Assembly: GCA_036490455.1 (NCBI GenBank)
Contig: DASXDS010000007.1
Coordinates: 855 to 64,854 of the forward strand
Origin: Rhizomicrobium sp.
GTDB lineage: Bacteria; Pseudomonadota; Alphaproteobacteria; Micropepsales; Micropepsaceae
Direction: 5' to 3'
DNA: 64,000 nt
In this document: piece by piece, positions 38,308 through 50,304 of the stretch
Layout of the letters: every line of letters begins with the position of its first letter
Numbering within the stretch: the stretch's first letter is position 1
The notes under the pieces: model-generated
The model's database searches: none
What the model saw: only the letters and a program-made list of their open reading frames with translations
What the model was told of the DNA's origin: nothing
Translations under genes and position numbers: made by a program

Positions 38308-40269
38308 ATGAAAGCCCAAGCCGAACGCCACTACCGGCCCGATGTTGACGGTCTCCGCGCCGTCGCGATCCTGTGCGTGGTTTTCTACCACTACGGCTTT
38401 GCGCCGTTTTCCGGCGGCTTCATCGGCGTCGATGTTTTCTTCGTCATCTCCGGTTTCCTGATCACCGGGCTGATCCATCGCGAGATGGTCGAAGGCCGCT
38501 TCACCATCCGGAATTTCTACGAGCGCCGCATCCGCCGTATTTTTCCCGCGCTGTTCGCGATGCTGGCGGTCGCGACGGTGGCGGCGGCGGTCCTCCTCTT
38601 TCCCCTCGACTTCCAGGAATATGCAAAAAGCCTGATCGCCACCGCGGGGTTCGCCTCGAACTTCGAGTTCTGGCGCGAGGCGGGCTACTTCGATATCGCC
38701 GCGAGCTGGAAGCCGCTGCTGCATCTGTGGTCGATCGCAGTGGAGGAACAGTTCTATCTGCTGTTTCCCGCGCTGCTGCTTCTCGCCGGCACGTCGTCGC
38801 GGCGGAAATTGCTGTGGCTGACCGGCGCGCTGTTCATGGCCTCGCTCGCATTCAGCATCTGGGCGGTGCGGTATGCGCCGGTGACAGCGTTCTATCTGCT
38901 GCCGTCGCGCACCTGGGAACTGATGCTGGGCGCCATGCTCGCGCTCGCGCCGTTTCGGGCGCCGGAAATGCGCGCCGCCCGCGAAGGCCTCGCGCTTACC
39001 GGTCTCGCGATGATCGGCTGTGCGGCGGTGTTTTACACTGCGGCCCAGCCGTTCCCCGGTCTCGCGGCGCTGCTGCCCTGCGTTGGTGCCGCGCTGGTCG
39101 TCTATGCGGGGGGCAAGCCGTCGTTCGTGCGCGGCGTGCTTTCGGCCAGACCGGTCGTGTTCGTCGGTCTGATCTCTTATTCCCTCTATCTCTGGCACTG
39201 GCCGCTCCTGGTGTTCGGCCGGATCGTCCTGGACCATGCGCTGAGTGTTTGGGAAAATGCCGGGCTTCTGGCGCTGGCTTTCCTGCTCGCGATGCTGTCG
39301 TGGCGCTTCGTCGAGATGCCGGTGCGCCGCGGTCTCAGGATCGGCTGGCGGCCGTTATTCGTGGGCGCCGCCACCGCGATGGCGGCGGCTGCCGCCTGCG
39401 GCGTGGCCGTCGCCGAGACCAATGGTTTGCCGGAGCGCTGGCAACCGGAAATCCAGCGGATATTGGCGGCCGAGGCCAGTCACGAGCCGCGCATGGACAT
39501 CTGCTTCGGGCTCACGGCCAACGATGTGAAGTCGGGCCGGATGTGCCGGATCGGCAGCACAAACGCGAAGACGCCCAGCTTCCTCTTGTGGGGCGACTCC
39601 CACGCCGATGCGTTGCTGCCGGCCGTCGAGAAGGTTGCCGAGGCGCACGGCCGCGCCGGGCTGTTCGCCGGCAGCGGCAGTTGCGCGCCGTTGCTCGGCG
39701 TTTCGCGCTCCGATGCGGCCGAGTGCAAGCCGTTCAACGACGCGGTGGAGAAGGTCGCGTTGCGGCCGGACATCGACGAAGTCATCCTCGATGCGCGCTG
39801 GGCGAAGAACGCCAACGATCCGTATTCCGCCGGCGCGAGCAACATCACGCTTTCGGACGAAGAAGGCTGGTCGACCGATCGCACGACGATGGAAGAAGTA
39901 TTCTATCGCGGGTTGGAGCGCACGGTTCATGCCCTGACGAACGCCGGCAAGCATGTCGTGCTGGTGGCGCCGGTGCCGGAAGCGGATTATTCGGTGCCGC
40001 GGACCCTCGCCAAGCTGCGTCTCGCTGGCTACCGGATCGGCCTGTCGCGCGACGTGGCGAGCTATTTCGCGCGGCAGAAATACATCCTCGACGCCTTCGC
40101 GCAGTTGAAACAGCGCTACGGCGTGACCGTCATCTATCCGCACCAGATTCTGTGCGCGACCGGCAGTTGCGAGTTCACCCTGAACGACCGCCCGCTCTAT
40201 CGCGACGAACACCACCTGAGCGTATTCGGCGCGCTGCAACTGACCCCGATCGTGTCGCAGGCGTTTTGA
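38308..40269 (+). CDS. acyltransferase family 3 membrane protein with a C-terminal SGNH domain (OafA/YrhL-like)
   Basis: 653 aa. RPDVDGLRAVAILCVVFYH...GVDVFFVISGFLIT, about 10 TM helices, then a soluble C-terminal domain. Confidence 0.85.
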   Translation: MKAQAERHYRPDVDGLRAVAILCVVFYHYGFAPFSGGFIGVDVFFVISGFLITGLIHREMVEGRFTIRNFYERRIRRIFPALFAMLAVATVAAAVLLFPLDFQEYAKSLIATAGFASNFEFWREAGYFDIAASWKPLLHLWSIAVEEQFYLLFPALLLLAGTSSRRKLLWLTGALFMASLAFSIWAVRYAPVTAFYLLPSRTWELMLGAMLALAPFRAPEMRAAREGLALTGLAMIGCAAVFYTAAQPFPGLAALLPCVGAALVVYAGGKPSFVRGVLSARPVVFVGLISYSLYLWHWPLLVFGRIVLDHALSVWENAGLLALAFLLAMLSWRFVEMPVRRGLRIGWRPLFVGAATAMAAAAACGVAVAETNGLPERWQPEIQRILAAEASHEPRMDICFGLTANDVKSGRMCRIGSTNAKTPSFLLWGDSHADALLPAVEKVAEAHGRAGLFAGSGSCAPLLGVSRSDAAECKPFNDAVEKVALRPDIDEVILDARWAKNANDPYSAGASNITLSDEEGWSTDRTTMEEVFYRGLERTVHALTNAGKHVVLVAPVPEADYSVPRTLAKLRLAGYRIGLSRDVASYFARQKYILDAFAQLKQRYGVTVIYPHQILCATGSCEFTLNDRPLYRDEHHLSVFGALQLTPIVSQAF

Positions 40270-40294
40270 TTTCTTCGACGGCGTCGGAATACGC

Positions 40295-40319
40295 GGCCTT
40301 ATGCAGAAATGTTCCAAGG
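40295..40319. repeat. left arm of a 25-bp imperfect inverted repeat
   Basis: The reverse complement of GGCCTTATGCAGAAATGTTCCAAGG matches 41471-41495 at 22/25 positions (counted by hand). Confidence 0.75.
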
Positions 40320-40501
40320 ACTAGCAAAGCGATGTGAGCCACAGTCCCAACCAAACGAGCGAGTTTTCACATGGCAGACATGTACGTTGTTTTCGCTTTG
40401 AAAGAGGAGTGGATCAAGATCGCGGCAGAAATAGAGGGACTTGCCCCCGATACTGCGTAGGACAACAAAGGGGCAGCGAAGGCGGCCAAGGGGCGCTGAA
40501 A

Positions 40502-41446
40502 ATGCTGAGGCTATCGGCTGTATTGATTCTAGCGGCTTCACTGGCCGCTCCAACACATAACGACAAAAATCACGTCACCGGCGGCAATTCCAGCGCCGCA
40601 CAGAGCAAGGCCGACCCCTCCCCCGCAGCGAGCCTAGGCATTCCAACCGCCGTCCAGAGCGACGTACAGCGTATCGCCCGCGCACTTGAAGCTGCGAACC
40701 ATAAGCAGCCCATAAAAGCCGAGAACGACCGCGCCGAACGCGACATAAAGGCTCAGGAAGCTATTGCTTGGTGGACGCCGTTCGTCGCTGTCGCCGCCAT
40801 TTTGGAAATGGTGGTTACGTCGGCTGGCGTCGTGCTTGTCGGCTTCACGCTGCGCGCTACGCGAGAGGTTGTCAGCGAGACCAAAAGAGCGGCTGACGCT
40901 GCCGTTGCTGCTGGCACTCAATCCGAGCGCCATGCGAGACAGCAACTCCGCGCCTACGTAGTCCGCTCCAGTTTCAAAACCACACCGCTCTGTCCCGGTT
41001 CCATCCCATTTGCCGATTCTTGGGACCTGTCTTTGGTATGGAAAAATACTGGCCAGACGCCCGCGTACAGGGCCGTCACACGCATCGTTTCTAAACAGTT
41101 CACCGGAGATTTGGACCCGAATTTTGATTTTCCAGATGGGGGAAGTGTGGTCCCCGGCGCTCCCGGCGATACCGTTATTGGACCCGGTGGCGAACTGGAG
41201 AGCCATCTCCGTTTCCCCGTAGACAAACTGCAACGAGCCCAAAAAGGCAAATACAACATCTACATCTGGGGCTGGATCGAGTACGACGACGTGTTTGACG
41301 ATTCTCCCCGCCGCAGGACCGAGACTTGTATTCGGCTCGATATCATTGGCGATCCGATAGAGCCTGCAAACTGCACGATTGAACAGGTGTTCAAGGGGCC
41401 CTTTAATGGGGCCGATGAGTACTGCTATCGCCAGCCACAAACGTAA
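40502..41446 (+). CDS. orphan membrane-anchored hypothetical protein
   Basis: MLRLSAVLILAASLAAP start within track ORF 40334..41446. Has a signal/anchor, a charged coil, one central TM helix (WWTPFVAVAAILEMVVTSAGVVLVGF) and a ~190-aa C-terminal domain (YIWGWIEYDDVF). AT-richer than its flanks. Confidence 0.55.
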   Translation: MLRLSAVLILAASLAAPTHNDKNHVTGGNSSAAQSKADPSPAASLGIPTAVQSDVQRIARALEAANHKQPIKAENDRAERDIKAQEAIAWWTPFVAVAAILEMVVTSAGVVLVGFTLRATREVVSETKRAADAAVAAGTQSERHARQQLRAYVVRSSFKTTPLCPGSIPFADSWDLSLVWKNTGQTPAYRAVTRIVSKQFTGDLDPNFDFPDGGSVVPGAPGDTVIGPGGELESHLRFPVDKLQRAQKGKYNIYIWGWIEYDDVFDDSPRRRTETCIRLDIIGDPIEPANCTIEQVFKGPFNGADEYCYRQPQT

Positions 41447-41470
41447 TAGTCCCATCACCCCTGCCGGTGA

Positions 41471-41495
41471 GCTTGGAACGTTGCTGCATAAGGCC
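41471..41495. repeat. right arm of the 25-bp imperfect inverted repeat
   Basis: GCTTGGAACGTTGCTGCATAAGGCC. See 40295-40319. Confidence 0.75.
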
Positions 41496-41546
41496 GGAGC
41501 GAAACGGCGGCACTGTTACAGTTTGACTTCGAGGGTCGGTAGTGGG

Positions 41547-41765
41547 TCAGTTTGAAATTGGGCGTCGAAACGCAGAAATTGTGAGCCAGACTCCTGTGAC
41601 CAATGAAACTGCCCCCACTGCTACCAGCACCAGATAGCCCGGTATATCTCGGGCGCTGATGTAGTAGCCCGTGAGAGCGTCTCCAAATGCGGGAAGTATT
41701 ATTCCAACACCCATGCTAGCCAAGAGAGCGCCAATAACCGCCTTTATCGCCCTAACATGCGTCAC
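41547..41765 (-). CDS. hypothetical 72-aa two-TM protein inside the TIR element
   Basis: ORF only, GTG start. Two hydrophobic helices. Confidence 0.3.
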   Translation of the reverse strand: MTHVRAIKAVIGALLASMGVGIILPAFGDALTGYYISARDIPGYLVLVAVGAVSLVTGVWLTISAFRRPISN

Positions 41766-41993
41766 GGATTTCCCAGTCCTCTAAAGAAGTCGCCTAAACG
41801 AAAACGGTGGCCGGACGTGGCCGCGCTGATCTTGGCAATCTCATTGCTCTTGTTTTTGGCTGGAATCATTTGGGTTGGTCTTCACTGGTTGCCTATACCC
41901 GCGGTCGTGGCAATCACGCTCGGCTACTTCTTTGTAGGTGGTTTTTTTATCGCGTTGATCTGGTTCGTTCTAAGGGTGGTAGATACTCGATAA
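41757..41993 (+). CDS. hypothetical 78-aa two-TM protein inside the TIR element
   Basis: ORF only. Basic N-terminus (KKSPKRKRW) followed by two hydrophobic helices. Its 5' end overlaps the divergent ORF. Confidence 0.3.
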   Translation: MRHGFPSPLKKSPKRKRWPDVAALILAISLLLFLAGIIWVGLHWLPIPAVVAITLGYFFVGGFFIALIWFVLRVVDTR

Positions 41994-42063
41994 TTTCCTA
42001 GCTTGCCGCCCAATCCAAACTGTAACAGTGCCGAAACGGCCACCCGCTTGACGGCGTCCACAG

Positions 42064-42078
42064 GAACATAATAAGAAC
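42064..42078. promoter_or_regulatory. alphaproteobacterial LexA (SOS) box GAAC-N7-GAAC
   Basis: GAACATAATAAGAAC read directly, about 75 nt upstream of ssb. Confidence 0.7.
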
Positions 42079-42152
42079 AAATGGGAGCTCGATAGCGGTG
42101 CCCGAGGTCCGGGCGCTAGGGTGCGCGGCCAGATCGCGGAAGGACAAGAACA

Positions 42153-42608
42153 ATGGCGGGTAGTGTCAACAAGGTGATTTTGGTGGGCAATCTGGGCAAG
42201 GACCCGGAAGTCCGCCGCATGCAGTCCGGCGAGCCGGTGGTGAACCTCTCGATCGCGACTTCCGAATCCTGGCGCGATAAGGCGAGCGGCGAGCGCAAGG
42301 AGAAGACCGAGTGGCACCGCGTGGTGATCTTCAACGAGAACCTCGCGAAGGTCGCCGAGCAATATCTGCGCAAGGGCGCGAAGGTCTACATCGAAGGCCA
42401 GCTCTCGACGCGGAAATGGACCGATAAGGACGGTGCCGAAAAATACTCGACCGAAGTGGTGCTGAACCGCTTCCGCGGTGAGCTGCAGATGCTGGATTCG
42501 CGCGGCGAAGGCGCCGGCATGGGCGGCGGCGGTGGCGGCCGCATGAGCGGCAGCAGCGCCCCGCAGAACTTCGACCGCAGCGAAATGGACGACGAGATCC
42601 CGTTCTGA
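42153..42608 (+). CDS. ssb: single-stranded DNA-binding protein
   Basis: [21 protein letters not shown]...TEWHRVVIF..., a Gly-rich linker, and the acidic tail DDEIPF. Confidence 0.95.
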   Translation: MAGSVNKVILVGNLGKDPEVRRMQSGEPVVNLSIATSESWRDKASGERKEKTEWHRVVIFNENLAKVAEQYLRKGAKVYIEGQLSTRKWTDKDGAEKYSTEVVLNRFRGELQMLDSRGEGAGMGGGGGGRMSGSSAPQNFDRSEMDDEIPF

Positions 42609-42616
42609 AGCAGCGC

Positions 42617-43261
42617 ATGCGGTCCTTCGCAAGCGTCGTGCTGGCGCTGGTCCTGGCCGGCTGCACGTCGTCGTCCGGCGATCCGGCGCCCGGGTTCATC
42701 GGCCCGGCGGTCGCGGCGGCGTACATCCCGCTCGGCGGCTCGGCCCATCTCGTGATGGTGATGCATGGGGCGGCGGTTGTGTTCGCACCCGGCGTCGCCG
42801 TCACCGCCGCGCACAACGACACGATCGTCGATTCCGCGAGCGTCATCGGAAAAGCAGCGGAATCCGATTTGCTGTTCTTCCGCACCGCACGCACGGCGCC
42901 GCTTGCGACAGCGGCGCCGCAGGAAGGCGAACCGGTCATTGCTTACGGCCAGGACAATAACGGCGGCTTGCGGGTTGCCTATGGCACGATCCGCAAGCTG
43001 CACGTCCCGGTCAAACCGTTTTGCGCAGGCTGCGCGCCGCAGGACGCATTCCTGTTCGAGGCGAATGCGGGACCCGGCTTCAGCGGCGGACCGGTTCTGG
43101 ATGCGAAGGACGGCCGGCTGGTCGGGATCGTCTTCGGTTATCTCGATCCCGGCGAAGTCGCGGACAAGACCGCCATGAATGTCAGCGGCGCGGCGCGGGC
43201 GATGTATGCCTACGACATGGCGCAGGTTGCCGCCGCTTTTTCCGCGCTCCAGAACCGCTGA
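42617..43261 (+). CDS. small trypsin-like (S1) serine protease lipoprotein
   Basis: Lipobox LVLAGC. His motif VAVTAAHND. Ser motif NAGPGFSGGPVLD. Only 8 nt downstream of ssb. Confidence 0.7.
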   Translation: MRSFASVVLALVLAGCTSSSGDPAPGFIGPAVAAAYIPLGGSAHLVMVMHGAAVVFAPGVAVTAAHNDTIVDSASVIGKAAESDLLFFRTARTAPLATAAPQEGEPVIAYGQDNNGGLRVAYGTIRKLHVPVKPFCAGCAPQDAFLFEANAGPGFSGGPVLDAKDGRLVGIVFGYLDPGEVADKTAMNVSGAARAMYAYDMAQVAAAFSALQNR

Positions 43262-43372
43262 GCCGCAGCGGCAAACGGACCTCGTTCCGGAGCCGGATTC
43301 GCGGCGCTTCTGCGCGATTTTCTGTTTGGGAAGAATTACAGCGGCAAATCACGTCTTTCACTTGCCATCGAC

Positions 43373-43520
43373 GCCGTCATGACCGGCTGAGCGCAGTGAA
43401 GCTCCCGGCCATCCATTGCCTCGAAGCCGGGCAGTAAGGTCCGTCGTGCAACCACGGAGGTTATGGATAGCCGGGACAAGGCCCGGCTATGACGGCTTTC
43501 TCTGAGTGAGAAAGACACAC
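43373..43520. repeat. ~122-bp palindromic MITE/REP-like element, copy 3, plus tail hairpin
   Basis: Aligns by eye with 17935-18056 and 18106-18252 (termini CGTCATGACCGGCT ... GCCCGGCTATGACG). Confidence 0.8.
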
Positions 43521-43640
43521 ACTTCCGGTTGAAAAAGACCTCGCGAAAACGGGGCTTTTCTTGCCGGTTTTGCTGGCAAAAACGGGCTCCGAAATGCTAG
43601 ATTCCGGGCTGGTTTTCGGAAGCCCCAGGCCTTCCGATTC

Positions 43641-46385
<2,745 letters not shown>

Positions 46386-46386
46386 C

Positions 46387-46944
46387 GTGGCAGACAGCAG
46401 CAAGCCGGAACGCGGCCGGCTGGAGATCACCAGAAGGCCGTTGATCGGGCTCTATCCCGGCACCTTCGATCCGCCCACACTGGGCCATCTCGACATCATC
46501 AAGCGCGCGGTGAAGCTGGTCGATCACCTCGTGATCGGCGTCGCCACCAATGCCTCCAAGTCGCCGCTCTTCACGCTCGACGAGCGCATGAAGATGATGG
46601 AGCGTGAAGCGGAATCGGTGGTGCACGGCCGCGCCACCATCGAGATCCTGCCGGTCTCCGAAGTGCTGATGGTCGATTTCGCCAAAAGCATCGGCGCCAC
46701 CGTCGTGGTCCGCGGCCTGCGCGCCGTGTCGGACTTCGAATACGAATTTCAGATGGCGGCGATGAACCAGCGTCTGAACATGGAAATCGAGACGGTGGTC
46801 CTCATGGCCGACCCAAGCATGCAGGCCATCGCCTCGAAACTGGTGAAGGAAATCGCCCTGCTCGGCGGCGACGTGAAACCCTTCACCTCGGCTTACGTTG
46901 CCGAACAACTCACGAAACGCTGCAAGGAACTGGCAAGGAACTAA
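46387..46944 (+). CDS. coaD: phosphopantetheine adenylyltransferase
   Basis: GTG at 46387 within track ORF 46303..46944. YPGTFDPPTLGHLDIIKRA. The exact start is uncertain. Confidence 0.85.
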   Translation: MADSSKPERGRLEITRRPLIGLYPGTFDPPTLGHLDIIKRAVKLVDHLVIGVATNASKSPLFTLDERMKMMEREAESVVHGRATIEILPVSEVLMVDFAKSIGATVVVRGLRAVSDFEYEFQMAAMNQRLNMEIETVVLMADPSMQAIASKLVKEIALLGGDVKPFTSAYVAEQLTKRCKELARN

Positions 46945-47426
46945 TGGCTCTCGATCCCGAAAACACGCTCACCATCGATCTCAAGACCGGTCCGGTCGTC
47001 GTCAAGCTTCGCCCCGATCTGGCGCCCAACCATGTGGCCCGGATCAAGGAACTGGCCAATCGCGGTTTTTATGACGGCGTTGTCTTCCATCGCGTGATTC
47101 CAGGCTTCATGGCGCAGACCGGCGATCCCACCGGCACCGGCACCGGCGGTTCCGACCTGCCGAACCTGCAGGCCGAGTTTTCGGCCGAGCCGCACAAGCG
47201 CGGCACGCTTTCGATGGCGCGTTCGTCCAGCCCGAACAGCGCCAACAGCCAATTCTTCATCTGCTTCGACGATACGCCGCATCTGAATCGCCAATACACC
47301 GTCTGGGGCGAAGTGGTCGAAGGGATGGAACATGTCGACGCCATCAAGAAGGGCGGCGAGCACAACAACGGCGCGATCAGCGGCGAGCCCGACAAGATGC
47401 TCAAGGTGCGGGCCGGGAAAGCCTGA
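46944..47426 (+). CDS. peptidylprolyl isomerase (cyclophilin type)
   Basis: 160 aa. FYDGVVFHRVIPGFMAQTGDPTGTGTGG. Confidence 0.9.
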   Translation: MALDPENTLTIDLKTGPVVVKLRPDLAPNHVARIKELANRGFYDGVVFHRVIPGFMAQTGDPTGTGTGGSDLPNLQAEFSAEPHKRGTLSMARSSSPNSANSQFFICFDDTPHLNRQYTVWGEVVEGMEHVDAIKKGGEHNNGAISGEPDKMLKVRAGKA

Positions 47427-47485
47427 AATCCGCGGCAAGTGTTAACCGCTCCCTAAGACCGGTGTGCGATGCTCCGGTCCGCTGA

Positions 47486-47884
47486 ATGGGAGCGGTGATC
47501 GCCGTGCAACAGAGAGCGTTCGGCCGTCGTCCCGGTGTCGCACCGTCGCCGCGCGGCGCCGAGAATATGCAACGCCGGCTCGAACCGGTCTTCGCCGGTC
47601 CGCTTCCTGCCGCTGAAGCAACGGACGCGGCCGAGGATGCTTCGCCATCCGAACTTTCCCTCGAAGAGGAACTGGATGCCTGGAAAATGGAGCGGCGGCA
47701 CAGTCTCGGCCTGCTCCTCGTTCCGTGGCGCCCGCTCTACCTGATTGCGAGCCTGAGCTTCGGCATCGCCTCGTTCGCGTTGCCGGATTCCATCAACAGC
47801 TGGGCCGACTGGCTGCTTTACGCTTTGTCCGCCGCGAGCCTTGTCGTCTGGTTTCTGGGCCGCCGCGAAAAGGCCGCAACCTGA
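47486..47884 (+). CDS. hypothetical membrane protein
   Basis: ORF with two C-terminal TM helices. No recognised family. Start uncertain. Confidence 0.35.
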   Translation: MGAVIAVQQRAFGRRPGVAPSPRGAENMQRRLEPVFAGPLPAAEATDAAEDASPSELSLEEELDAWKMERRHSLGLLLVPWRPLYLIASLSFGIASFALPDSINSWADWLLYALSAASLVVWFLGRREKAAT

Positions 47885-47967
47885 CGCAATTTGCAATATT
47901 AAGTTGGTCGCCGCTGACGGGCCACCGCCTCTAGAAGGCGGCTGTCTGCTTCGTCAGGAGTTCCGGT

Positions 47968-49095
47968 TTGTCCATCGCGTTCATCGACCTTCAGGCCCAG
48001 CGCCGCCGTATCGAACAACCGCTCAATGCCGCAATCGCCGCCGCCGTCGAAGGCGGGCAGTGGATCCTGGGGCCGCAGGTCGCCGAACTCGAAAAGCGCC
48101 TCGCCGATTTCGCGGGCGTGAAGCATTGCATCGCCTGCGCCAACGGTACCGATGCGCTGATGCTGATCCTGCGCGGCTGGAACATCGGTCCCGGCGATGC
48201 GGTGTTCGTGCCGGCCTTCACCTTTGCCGCATCCGCCGAAGTGGTGTCGCTGGTCGGCGCGTCGCCCGTGTTCGTCGACGTGTTCGAAGACACCTACAAC
48301 ATGAATCCCGCCTCGCTGGACGAGGCGATCGCACTGGTGAAACGCGAAGGCAAGCTCACGCCGAAGGTCGTGATGCCGGTCGATCTGTTCGGCCAGGCCG
48401 CGGATTACGCAAAGCTCGAACCGGTCTGCAAGCGCGAAGGCCTGAAGATGCTGTGCGATGCGGCGCAGGGCTTCGGCGCGCTGTTGCACGGCCGCCGTGC
48501 CGGCGGCATCGGCGATGCCGCAGCGACGAGCTTCTTCCCGGCCAAGCCGCTCGGCTGTTTCGGCGACGGCGGCGCCAGCTTCACCGACGACAGCGAACTC
48601 GATGCGCTGCTGCGCTCGATCCGCGTACACGGCCAGGGAACGGATAAGTACGAGAACGTCCGGATCGGCGTGAACTCGCGCCTCGATACCATCCAGGCGG
48701 CGATCCTGCTCGAGAAGATGAAGATCTTCCCGGACGAGATCGAAATGCGCGACCGCGTCGCGAAGCGCTACAACGAAAAGCTTGGCCAGTCGAACCGCAT
48801 CCGCGCGCCGCATGTGATCGACGGCGCGACCTCGACCTGGGCGCAGTACACGATCCAGGTGCCGGAGCGCGACCGCCTTGCCGCCGACCTCAAGGCCAAG
48901 GGCATCCCGAGCGCGATCTACTACACGATCCCGATGACGCATCAGAAGGCGTATGCCCACTATCCGTCCGCCGCGATCCCGGTGTCGGAAGCGATTTCGA
49001 AGACGGTGATCAGCCTGCCGATGCATCCTTATCTGGACGAGGCGACGCAGGACACGATCGTGGCCGCCGTCCTCGAAAGTGTCGGACAGGCCTGA
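47968..49095 (+). CDS. DegT/DnrJ/EryC1/StrS family PLP-dependent aminotransferase
   Basis: TTG start preceded by AGGAG. ...HCIACANGTDAL...SFFPAKPLGCFGDGG. Confidence 0.85.
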   Translation: MSIAFIDLQAQRRRIEQPLNAAIAAAVEGGQWILGPQVAELEKRLADFAGVKHCIACANGTDALMLILRGWNIGPGDAVFVPAFTFAASAEVVSLVGASPVFVDVFEDTYNMNPASLDEAIALVKREGKLTPKVVMPVDLFGQAADYAKLEPVCKREGLKMLCDAAQGFGALLHGRRAGGIGDAAATSFFPAKPLGCFGDGGASFTDDSELDALLRSIRVHGQGTDKYENVRIGVNSRLDTIQAAILLEKMKIFPDEIEMRDRVAKRYNEKLGQSNRIRAPHVIDGATSTWAQYTIQVPERDRLAADLKAKGIPSAIYYTIPMTHQKAYAHYPSAAIPVSEAISKTVISLPMHPYLDEATQDTIVAAVLESVGQA

Positions 49096-49116
49096 CATCC
49101 GCGCTATTGTGCGGCG

Positions 49117-50169
49117 ATGGACGTTTCGCTGTTCGATTTCGATCTGCCGGAAGAGCGCATTGCGCTGAGGCCAGCGAGCCCGCGCGACTCCGCGCGGCTG
49201 CTGGTGGTGCATGCCGACGGACGGCCGGAGCACGCGCAGGTGCGCGATCTGCCGGACTATCTGAACGGCGGCGACGCGCTGGTACTGAACGACACCAAGG
49301 TGTTTCCCGCCCGCCTGCGCGGCGTGCGCATCGGGCGCAACGACACCGAGCCGAAGATCGAGATCATGCTGCACCGGCGGATCGGTGCGGACGCGTTTCT
49401 CGCCTTCGCGCGTCCGGCCCGCAAGCTGGAGCCGGGCGATACGGTGCGTCTCGGCGAAACGCTGCAGGCGGCGATCGCGGCGCGCGGCGATGGCGGCGAG
49501 GTGGAGATACGGTTCGCGCTGTCCGGCCACGAACTCGACACCGCGATCGCGGCGCAAGGCGAGATGCCGCTGCCGCCTTACATCGCGGGCAAGCGCAATG
49601 CCGATGCACAGGACAGCTCGGATTATCAGACCGTCTACGCCGCGCACGAAGGCTCGGTCGCGGCGCCGACCGCCGGGCTGCACTTCACGCCGGAGCTGTT
49701 CGCGCATCTCACGCAGAGGGGTGTCGATCAGGACTATGTCACGCTGCATGTGGGCGCGGGCACATTCCTGCCGGTCACCGCGAGCGACACCGAAGCGCAC
49801 AGGATGCATCCCGAGTTCGCGACGTTGACCGCCCATACCGCCGAACATCTCAATCGTACGCGCAAGGCGGGCGGTCGCATCGCCGCCGTCGGCACGACGT
49901 CGCTGCGCACGCTCGAAAGTGCGACGACGCCCGACGGCATCGTGCATCCGTTCACCGGCGAGACCGACATCTTCATCACGCCCGGCTATCGCTTCCGCGC
50001 GGTGGATGTGCTGCTCACCAATTTCCACCTGCCGCGCTCCACCCTGTTCATGCTGGTGAGCGCCTTTTCCGGTCTCGAGGCGATGAAACGGGCCTATGCC
50101 GAGGCGATCGCGAACAACTACCGGTTCTATTCCTACGGCGACGCCTGCCTGCTATTCCGCCCGCAATGA
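49117..50169 (+). CDS. queA: S-adenosylmethionine:tRNA ribosyltransferase-isomerase
   Basis: [19 protein letters not shown]...[17 protein letters not shown]. Confidence 0.95.
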   Translation: MDVSLFDFDLPEERIALRPASPRDSARLLVVHADGRPEHAQVRDLPDYLNGGDALVLNDTKVFPARLRGVRIGRNDTEPKIEIMLHRRIGADAFLAFARPARKLEPGDTVRLGETLQAAIAARGDGGEVEIRFALSGHELDTAIAAQGEMPLPPYIAGKRNADAQDSSDYQTVYAAHEGSVAAPTAGLHFTPELFAHLTQRGVDQDYVTLHVGAGTFLPVTASDTEAHRMHPEFATLTAHTAEHLNRTRKAGGRIAAVGTTSLRTLESATTPDGIVHPFTGETDIFITPGYRFRAVDVLLTNFHLPRSTLFMLVSAFSGLEAMKRAYAEAIANNYRFYSYGDACLLFRPQ

Positions 50170-50304
50170 ACGCAACCGCAGTCGCCGCATCGATGAACTG
50201 AATCGCTTAAGCAATCATCAGTCCAAATCGCGCCGCTGAACTGGCGGTCGCGTCTCGCTTTGGTGTAGACGTTATCGTGCGCGCAAAGCCGGGGGGCTGG
50301 GCAA

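Larger units (their letters stand above)
41509..42032. mobile_element. 524-bp non-autonomous (MITE-like) element with perfect 17-bp terminal inverted repeats, flanked by an 8-bp direct repeat
   Basis: GGCACTGTTACAGTTTG (41509-41525) is the exact reverse complement of CAAACTGTAACAGTGCC (42016-42032). GAAACGGC occurs immediately outside both ends (41501-41508 and 42033-40). No transposase lies inside. Confidence 0.75.

Noticed and set aside
40371-40460. 29-codon ORF MADMYVVFALKEEWIKIAAEIEGLAPDTA upstream of the orphan 314-aa gene. Also the track's 40334 start and the antisense ORF 40299..40556.
   Set aside because: There is no SD and no family resemblance. Such short frames are expected by chance in AT-richer DNA.
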